A program made the translations under genes and the position numbers. Under the pieces are notes generated by a model. It made no database searches, was not told the DNA's origin, and saw only the letters and a list, made by a program, of their open reading frames with translations. Shown piece after piece: positions 54,501 through 64,000 of a stretch of 64,000 bases of DNA (position 1 is the stretch's first letter; each line of letters starts with the position of its first letter). Source of the DNA: Eledone cirrhosa (Eukaryota); the NCBI GenBank assembly GCA_964016885.1, contig OZ024765.1:6510001-6574000 (forward strand), read 5' to 3'.

Positions 54501-54905
54501 GCCCAATGCTCTACTGATACTGCCAAAATAATAATAATGATAATGTTTTCTTTATTAACCACGAGGGTTGACACAAAGTATAACATTAAGGACAGCTCAG
54601 GACAATACAGTACGGTACAAATGGGCATTTCTGCATGTAAAAAAACAAAAATAGGGGATGTAACAAAAAATAATAATAATAATAATAATAATTGTTTCTA
54701 TATTTGGCACAAGGCCAGCAATAATCCCAGTGCATTACTGGTACTTTATTTTATCGACCCCGTAAGGATGAAAGGCAAAGTCAACCTCGGCGCGATTTGA
54801 ACTCAGACCATAAAGGGCCGTAACTCTTGGCTGCAAAGCATGGTGTCGACCCTCTACCGATATTGCCAATCCACCGATAATAATAATAATAAAAAGAAGA
54901 CCTAC

Positions 54906-55032
54906 TTCTAATGCCTGATGATTAGGAGTTCTGCTTTTTTTGAAAGCTTCCTCGAGATAAATGCTAGGAGCTGGTTTCCTGTGGCTGATTTCACGAATAC
55001 CAAGACTCTTCCCTATTGGGGTGGCAATATAT
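54906..55032 (-). CDS. CERS: Ceramide synthase (CerS/Lass) coding exon A, the first exon visible; start of homeodomain-like region
   Basis: tttcag|A TAT ATT ... TTA GAA|gtaggt; 127 bp; YIATPIGKSLGIREISHRKPAPSIYLEEAFKKSRTPNHQALE resembles the CerS5/6 segment after the first TM; phase fits the next exon. Confidence 0.88.
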
Positions 55033-55134
55033 CTGAAATTAGAGAAAGATAGAGAGAATCATTTAAATAATTTTGAAAATCAAACAATGCATTGTTTCCT
55101 ATTCAAAATGCTTCAAAAAACTACAAAAGTCTGT

Positions 55135-55177
<43 letters not shown>

Positions 55178-55681
55178 TTTCATTTTACGTCCGCTTTTTC
55201 CCTGCTTGCAAGGGTGGGACGGAAACTGATTCTGGCTTGATTTCTACAGCTGGATGCCCTTCCTAACACCAACCTCATTTACAGTGAGTGCTGGGTGCTT
55301 TTTTGCCGTGGTACCTCCACGACCACTTTACAGTGGAATTATAGAGACCCCAGTCCTTATCTCATTTCTACAGCTGAGTAAACTGGAGTAATGTGAAATA
55401 AAGTGTCTTGCTCAAGGAAACAACACATCACCCGGTCTGAAAATTGAACTCACAACCTTTTGATTGCAAGGCCAATGCTCTAACCACTAAGCCATGTGCC
55501 TCCATATATATATATATATATATAAATATATATTGTTATACTTAGGGAGGGTCATGTTGCCAATAAGAAACACACGCACCAGTTGCTTTCACTTCAATTT
55601 ATTATAAATTAAATTTATAAATTTAGGAATTTATAAATTTCCGATTGGTTGGTTCCACAACCAGACGATTGTTCATATATT

Positions 55682-55724
55682 GTCAAAGTTCTTTCGTCAC
55701 ACATTCTGTGACCTCTTCAGTGAC
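55682..55724 (-). ncRNA. Minimal type I hammerhead motif (intact boxes), sense to the CerS pre-mRNA
   Basis: minus strand: gtca CTGAAGA g gtcaca-gaatg-tgtgac GAAA gaac TT tgac; stem I gtca/tgac; 6-bp stem II. Confidence 0.62.
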
Positions 55725-55817
55725 TGGGGATTCTTTTCTTTGTTTTTGTGCCTCTCCTTTGTTCTGTCCTGCACCATCTTGTTTTTGTGTGTGACGAAAT
55801 ATATATATATATAAACG

Positions 55818-55862
<45 letters not shown>

Positions 55863-56899
55863 ATATATATAATAAAAACCTGGGACAACTTGATAAATTC
55901 CGACCATGCACACTTGCACCTCTCTAAGACAATGTCACTGGATCGAGATCTTTGGCGCCACGCAGTAATACAGATTACCTGCCTTCTCTGCGTGCAAAGT
56001 TAACCTACAGTTACCCGACCAATCTTGTCTCAAGTAGTGCAATTCCTGTCTAACCCATGCTAGCGTGGAAGATAGACGTTAAACGATGGTGATAATGATG
56101 ATGATGATATATATAATAAAAAGTTGACAGGACTAGCATAAGGTTTCCCTGCTAGTAATGGTTGCATCTCAGCGTACTCAATAGGTAAGGTTATGCAAAA
56201 ATCCCAGAGTGGACACAAATTTAATTGCCTCAATACAACACACGTAAATGGGTAACATAAATCTATACCCGCACTCAGGTATATATATATCAAAAGCTTA
56301 AATCTATGCATATATATTGATTATTATATTGGCAGTATTGGTAGAGGGTCGGATGCCATGCTTTGAAGCATAGAGTTACCTCCCTGTATGATCTGAGTTC
56401 AAATCCCGCCGAGGTTAACTTTGCCTTTCATCCTTCCGGGATCGATAGAATAAAGTACCAGTAATGCATTGGGTAATTGCTGGCCTTGTGCCAAAAGTAG
56501 AAACAATTATATTACTCAACTAAGGAAACTCAATGAACAATTCGTAGAGACGATTATACAAATTCTAATGATATATAAGTAAGTCTCTTTCTTATATCTA
56601 GTCCAGCAACAACTAATATTATTCCTAATATAATTCCTTTGTTTATTGATTTAGATCCTGTTGACAACAACAGGATCTAAATCAACAAATGAAGGAATTC
56701 GATGTTAAAGGACAATGAAAATCTGCTTCAGAGAATCGAGACGTATCCAAGGACTGTGCGATTTCAGAGTCAGGTTTGATCACCACATCGATCATGCCTC
56801 AAGCTGGTCGCCCAAGAAACAATTGTAATATGTCCAATAAATTCCTTTCGTCACAACACTGATTCTCTTTTTTCTGTGATATATATATATATATATACA

Positions 56900-57185
56900 T
56901 AAGTTATGTTGGTACCACAACATCCAGCCCGAAACAAATGAGGTCGTGTAGGTGTCACGACAAAAAAAACACACAGTCCACGCTGTAATGTGGCCGTGTA
57001 GGTAACACGGTAAAAACCTCCCAGTTCCACACTGTAAATGTGGTTGGTGTTAGGAAGGGCATCCGGCCGTAGAAAACCCGCCAGACAGTCCTATGCGAGC
57101 AAGACAACCACTCTTGCCTCAAGTGGGAAAACTCCCGTCCAAACCCATGCAAGCGTGGAATATGGACGTTAAACGATGATGATGA
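56900..57185 (+). mobile_element. Unexpanded Nin-type SINE copy
   Basis: reverse complement of the 40438-41405 element with a single 112-bp segment. Confidence 0.85.
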
Positions 57186-57236
57186 TATATATATATATAT
57201 ATATATAGTGGTGTCCACCTGCTTGTGGGGAGGTCA

Positions 57237-57383
57237 TAGTTCACCGTTTCTGAAGAAGGCAGTGTCATGGATCAGAGATATTGAGACTAGAAATAAAAAA
57301 TGACATAACCACTTCCTACTAGTCAATATATAGATCTACCATGATCAATCAACCCTCTGAAACGATTGTAAAACAATGAACTA
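57237..57383 (+). ncRNA. Type I hammerhead motif with long stem I and ~100-nt extended stem II
   Basis: tagttcaccgttt CTGAAGA [agg..tcatgg..atattga..ctag / ctagtcaatat..ccatga..ct] GAAA cgattg TA aaacaatgaacta. Confidence 0.62.
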
Positions 57384-58014
57384 ACTAACAACTTATCTTC
57401 GACTATTGTTTTATTTTCACAGGTCAATACACACTCACGTGTGTGTGTGTTTGTGCATGTGTGTATGTGTGTGTTGAGAGTCTGTGGTACGAGACCAGGA
57501 AGACCAAGCCAGAGTAGTACTGAATACATATGGTGGAGTTGTGTGCATTAGTGAGGTAGGCGATTGACCACGAGCTCATGTAGTAGCCTCTTTCTATATA
57601 CATAGAGAGAGAGTGAGTGAGAAGAGAGAGAGGGGGGAGTGAGAAGAGAAAGGGAGAGAGAGAGAAACAAAGGCCCATTCATAAATATACATATAGCCAC
57701 ACCTACCATTATTTATTTATATATATATATGTATATATTCACACACACACCACTGAGCAATGATATAGTGTACCTATGTATATATGAAAGGTGTGTGCAT
57801 GAAAAAGGTATATCATCATCATCATCATCAGCATCATTTTACGTCTGCTTTTCTCTGCTTGCATATGTGTGTAGGGGGGGGGGGGGGGTGAACAAGTATA
57901 TATATATTTATATATGTGTGTACGTGCAAAAGGTATGTGTGTACATATATATATATACACACACACACACACCACTAACTATTGATATTGTGTATATAGT
58001 GATGGACACTCCTT

Positions 58015-58630
58015 TACACAGACAGACAGACAGACAGACAGACACACAGACAGACTGATACACAGACAGGCATACACACACAGTGACAGACAGACAGACA
58101 GACAGACAGACACACAGACAGACTGATACACAGACAGGCATACACACACAGTGACAGACAGACAGACACACAGACAGACTGATACACAGACAGGCATACA
58201 CACACAGTGACAGACAGACAGACAGACAGACAGACACACAGACACTGATACACAGACAGGCATACACACACAGTGACAGACAGACAGACAGACAGGCATA
58301 CACACAGTGACAGACAGACAGAGAGGCATACACAGACAGACATACATACACACACAGAGTGACAGACAGACAGACAGGCATACACACACACACAGTGACA
58401 GACAGACAGAGAGGCATACACAGACAGACAGACAGACATACATACACAGAGTGACAGACAGACAGACAGGCATACACACACACACAGTGACAGACAGACA
58501 GAGAGGCATACACAGACAGACAGACATACATACACACACACACACAGTGACAGACAGAGAGGCATACACAGACAGACAGACATACATACACACACAGAGT
58601 GACAGACAGACAGACAGACAGACACACAGA
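58015..58630. repeat. (CAGA)n/(CA)n compound microsatellite
   Basis: direct inspection; a similar block at 63210-64000. Confidence 0.95.
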
Positions 58631-58981
58631 TATTGGCTGGAATCAATCCAGTAGAACCAGTTACCAGTAATCAATCAGCCTTGACTGACCAAATACCATC
58701 AACTCCGCTACCACTATCACACCACCACCATCATCATCACCACCAGCACTACCACTCCGCTACCACCAACAGTCCACTGCCACCATCACCACCACACTGC
58801 TACCGCTACCATTTCGCTACCACCATCACCATCACCACCACCACCACAAACATATACATTCATGCTATCATCCACACACCACACCACTCCAACACCCCAC
58901 CAGTCCACAATACAAAAGAGGCATAAATTGCCACAACAGCTTGGAAAAGTCAGATCAGCCAGTCAAATAGTGTGTCTGTAC

Positions 58982-59018
<37 letters not shown>

Positions 59019-59136
59019 CATGTCTGTGTGCATATACATGTGTGTGTGCATTGCATGTATACAGATGCTCATATCTATATTTGTGCATCAACAGTCAAAA
59101 ACACGAACATGAAAGCACACATAAATAATGGTAAAA

Positions 59137-60072
59137 TTAACCCTTTCATTACAATAATTCTAATGAAAGACACTGCCTATGTTTTTAACCCTTTCATTAC
59201 AATAATTCTAATGAAAGACACTGTCCATGACATTAACCCTTTCATTACCATATTTCTAATGAAAGACACTGACTATGTCATTAACCCTTTCATTACCATA
59301 TTTCTAATGAAAGACACTGTCTATGTCATTAACCCTTTCATTACCATATTTCTAATGAAAGACACTATATCTTTAACCCTTTCATTACCATATTTCTAAT
59401 GAAAGACACTGTCTATGTATTTAACCCTTTCATTACCATATTTCTAATGAAAGACACTGTCTATGTCTTTAACCCTTTCATTACCATATTTCTAATGAAA
59501 GACACTGTCTTTGTCTTTAACCCTTTCATTACCATATTTCTAATGAAAGACACTATGTCTTTAACCCTTTCATTACCATATTTCTAATGAAAGACACTGT
59601 CCATGTCTTTAACCCTTTCATTACCATGTTTCTAATGAAAGACACTGTCTATGTCTTTAACCCTTTCATTACCATATTTCTTATGAAAGACACTGTCCAT
59701 GTCATTAACCCTTTCATTACCATATTTCTAATGACGGACACTATCTATGTCTTTAATCCTTTCATTACCATGTTTCTAATGAAAGACACTGTCTATGTCT
59801 TTAACCCTTTCATTAACATATTTCTAATGAAAGACACTGTCTATGTATTTAACCCTTTCATTACCATATTTCTAATGAAAGACACTGTCTATGTCTTTAA
59901 CTCTTTCATTACCATATTTCTAATGAAAGACACTGTCTATGTCTTTAACCCTTTCATTAACATATTTCTAATGAAAGACACTGTCTATGTATTTAACCCT
60001 TTCATTACCATATTTCTAATGAAAGACACTGTCTATGTCTTTAACCCTTTCATTACCATATTTCTAATGAAA
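59137..60072. repeat. 48-bp minisatellite (~19 copies) starting at a TTAA-CCC MITE-like terminus
   Basis: unit ttaaccctttcattaccatatttctaatgaaagacactgtctatgtct. Confidence 0.93.
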
Positions 60073-61033
60073 GGTATTGCCTATGGTTTTCAAATAATTT
60101 TGAAAATAACCATGAAATTTGAGGGATTTAATAATATAACTAACTTCCTCATTATTAAGTTGTTGTTTGGAACATAACTTAAGAAAGTTAGAAATATAGA
60201 TTTTTAGATAAATATAAACACTTTAAAAATACAGCTTATTATCAAAGCTGGGATGAGTCAATAATAAACAAAAGCATGATTTAAACAGTCCAACACAGTA
60301 CCTTTGATGAGATATGAACTGGTATTGATTTTCAAATAAAACAGCTCTTTTGATTTTTCTTTTAAGTGCAGTGTAGTGAACTGTTTAGAGTTAAAAGACA
60401 AAATTTCTTTCAAGACGAGAGAATGATACAAACTTGAAACAACATGCGACTGGTAAGGGTGTTGGACTTCTGATCATAATGTTGTGGGTTTGAGTCCTGT
60501 ACTGGGTTGTGTGTTGTGTTCTTGAGCAAAACACTTCATTTCACGTCGTTCCAGTATAATCAGCTGAAAATGAGTACCAGCAATAGCTGGAGTTAACACT
60601 ACGATGGTCTGGCGTCCTGTTGCAGAGAGGGGGGGGGGGGGGTCTTGTACTCTCAGTCACTTCATACCACAGGAACTGGGATAAACGCTGGCCTGATGAG
60701 ACTCCAGGCTCGAGACAGACTTTAGACTTCTGTTTGCTTAACCTTCAACACACTGTAGGCGACACGGGGCACCATAAGAGTAATCTCCCATTAACAGATA
60801 ATACAGTGTCAAGGGATACAACTCACATAAATTACTAGCACCCTAAAGGTTAAGCCATGAGGTGATATACATGCAAAACTTCACATTTTTATTGCATGTG
60901 TGCATGAAGCCATAACCCCTAATGGAGTTTAGGGGTGCTGTCGTGGCCATTTTAACCTGTTGACTGCCATGTATATTTTACACAGCTACAGTTGCTGTGC
61001 TGGGTTTTTTTTTTCAGTATAATGACTATATTT

Positions 61034-62532
61034 TTAACCCTTTGGCATTTACATTACTCTATATATATTATTGTATTTTGGTGGTAAAGGCTTTACCTCA
61101 CATAATATCTCACATAACATTTACATTACTCTATATATATTATTGTATTTTCACAGTAAAGGCTTTACCTCACATAATATCTCACAACATTTACATTACT
61201 CTATATATACTATTGTATTTTCACAGTAAAGGCTTAACCTCACATAATATCTCACATTTACATTACTCTATATATACTATTGTATTTTCACAGTAAAGGC
61301 TTAACCTCACATAATATCTCACAACATTTACATTACTCTATATATATTATTGTATTTTGGTGGTAAAGGCTTAACCTCACATAATATCTCACAACATTTA
61401 CATTACTCTATATATATTATTGTATTTTGGTGGCAAAGGCTTAACCTCACATAATATCTCACATAACATTTACATTACTCTATATATACTATTGTATTTT
61501 CACAGTAAAGGCTTTACCTCACATAATATCTCACAACATTTACATTACTCTATATATACTATTGTATTTTCACAGTAAAGGCTTAACCTCACATAATATC
61601 TCACATAACATTTACATTACTCTATATATATTATTGTATTTTCACAGTAAAGGCTTAACCTCACATAATATCTCACATAACATTTACATTACTCTATATA
61701 TACTATTGTATTTTCACAGTAAAGGCTTTACCTCACATAATATCTCACATAACATTTACATTACTCTATATATATTATTGTATTTTCACAGTAAAGGCTT
61801 TACCTCGCATAATATCTCACATAACATTTACATTACTCTATATATATTATTGTATTTTCACAGTAAAGGCTTAACCTCACATAATATCTCACATAACATT
61901 TACATTACTCTATATATATTATTGTATTTTCACAGTAAAGGCTTAACCTCACATAATATCTCACATAACATTTACATTACTCTATATATACTATTGTATT
62001 TTCACAGTAAAGGCTTTACCTCACATAATATCTCACATAACATTTACATTACTCTATATATATTATTGTATTTTCACAGTAAAGGCTTTACCTCACATAA
62101 TATCTCACATAACATTTACATTACTCTATATATATTATTGTATTTTCACAGTAAAGGCTTAACCTCACATAATATCTCACATAACATTTACATTACTCTA
62201 TATATACTATTGTATTTTCACAGTAAAGGCTTAACCTCACATAATATCTCACATAACATTTACATTACTCTATATTTACTATTGTATTTTGGTGGTAAAG
62301 GCTTAACCTCACATAATATCTCACATAACATTTACATTACTCTATATATACTATTGTATTTTGGTGGTAAAGGCTTAACCTCACATAATATCGAATCAAT
62401 GAGATTTTGGTGCTATTTATTTTGAGAATAATACCTTAACATCAGTATGAGTGGCTGGTTACAGCTGGTTTGAACAGAAAGAGGTGAGAGAATTCTAGCC
62501 GGATACGGCCGGTTTAAATGCTAAAGGGTTAA
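61034..62532. mobile_element. piggyBac-like MITE expanded to 1.5 kb by an internal 72-bp array (~19 copies)
   Basis: TTAA-ccctttggcattta ... taaatgctaaaggg-TTAA; unit catttacattactctatatatattattgtattttcacagtaaaggcttaacctcacataatatctcacataa. Confidence 0.85.
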
Positions 62533-62549
62533 ACAAACATTTATTAACA

Positions 62550-62800
62550 ACGCATGGAGAATGACTGCTGGGTAAAGAAGTGCCAAAAAATCCCACTGGG
62601 AGGAAGACGCAGTAGAGGAAGACCACAAAATACATGGGCGGAGGTGGTGAGAGCAGACCTCAGACCGCTGAAGCTCACGGAGGAGATGACGAAGGACCGT
62701 GACAAGTGGAGAGATGCTGTGCTGAATAGGACCCGTCTCGCCCTTGCAAGCAGGGAGAAGCGGACGTAAAATGATGATGATGATGATGATGATGATGATA
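62550..62800 (+). mobile_element. RTE LINE 3' fragment, same family as 36777-37500
   Basis: MENDCWVKKCQKIPLGGRRSRGRPQNTWAEVVRADL..; tail ggacgtaaaatgatgatg. Confidence 0.88.
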
Positions 62801-63003
62801 TCTGAATGATTGACAAACATCACATCAATAAACTAGTAACCCCATCTAGCTTTGAGGTTATGAACTGTTGGAATAGAGTTCAAACATGTTAGGATGAGTT
62901 ATCTCATCTACAGCACTGAAGAGGTTAAACCTGGTGGAGCTTATCTCCCTTTCTCTCCAGTTGAACACAGTTAATTTCTTCTAGAGAAGGGGAGAGAGGG
63001 GGT

Positions 63004-63212
63004 CATCATCATCATCATCATCATCATCATCGTTTGACGTCTATCTTCCACGCTAGCATGGGTTAGATGGAAATTGTCCCACTTGAGGCAAGATTGGTCG
63101 GGTGACCGTGTCTCGCTCGTATAGGACTGTCTGGCAGGTTTTCTACGGCTGGATGCCCTTCCTAACACCAACCATATTTACAGTGTGGACTGCATGGTTT
63201 TTTGTTGTGATA
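63004..63212 (-). mobile_element. Nin-type SINE 3' part
   Basis: (cat)n cgtttgacgtctatcttccacgctagcatgggttaga..ggatgcccttcctaacaccaacc. Confidence 0.75.
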
Positions 63213-64000
63213 TGTACACATACACATATACATATTCATACATAAACACATATATGTACTCTATACACATTAACATACACACACAATGTACTCCTACACA
63301 TACGCACATTCATACATAGCCACATATGTACTCATACGCATACATATATGCACATTCATGCACACGTATATGTACATCTTATACACACACACACACATGT
63401 ACTCCTACACATACACATATGCACATTCATATTACATACATACATGTACTACACACACACACATTCATGTGTATATATTCTCCTACACATTCATACACAC
63501 ACACTTTTGAACACAGGCACACATATATGTACACTTACACAAAAACATACACATTCATGCACAATTTTGAACACACACACGCACACACACAGGCACAGAC
63601 ACACGGGTACACAAACACACAGACAGAGACACAGACACACAAACAGACACACAAACACACAGGCACACAGACACACAAACACACACACACAGGCACACAA
63701 ACACACACACAGACAGACACACAGGCATACACAGACACACGGGCACACAAACACACACACAGACAGAGACACAGAGGCACACAAACAGACACACAGGCAC
63801 ACAAACACACACACACACACAGAAACACAGGCATACACAGACACACAGGCACACAAACACACAGACAGAGACAGAGACACACAGGCACACAAACAGACAC
63901 ACACACACACAGGCACACAAACACACACACAGACACACAGGCATACACAGGCACACGGGCACACAAACACACACACAGACACACAGGCATACACAGGCAC

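Noticed and set aside
61562-62425. 287-aa repeat ORF (also 59587-60177 and 50220-51064)
   Set aside because: In-frame translation of 72-bp and 48-bp minisatellites inside transposon copies
55033-64000. First coding exon of CerS (expected WLPxxxTWxDL motif)
   Set aside because: Unique stretches checked (56100-56330, 57480-57600, 58860-58980, 60180-60960, 62820-63000) gave no matching frame; it probably lies beyond the window end

Overview
Eukaryotic, AT-rich, extremely repeat-dense DNA. The repeat families (tRNA-derived CORE-, Meta- and Nin-type SINEs, RTE LINEs, TTAA-flanked MITEs, huge (TA)n/(CA)n tracts) suggest an octopus/cephalopod genome, which is an inference. One host gene is recoverable by hand: a minus-strand, homeodomain-containing ceramide synthase (CerS/Lass, TLC domain). 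It has 9 phase-consistent GT-AG coding exons from 55032 down to the stop at 31189 (306 aa, 5'-partial); I could not find the first coding exon in the window. The rest is a 15.8-kb 46-bp satellite, many minisatellites that arose inside SINE/LINE/MITE copies, LINE fragments, and TA-flanked Penelope-like remnants. The least expected signal is a set of type I hammerhead-ribozyme motifs: minimal ones, two with a ~100-nt extended stem II, and two on the sense strand of the CerS pre-mRNA. Several fold-back palindromes and a near-identical 615-bp tandem unit are also present. Almost all ORFs in the supplied track are repeat artefacts.
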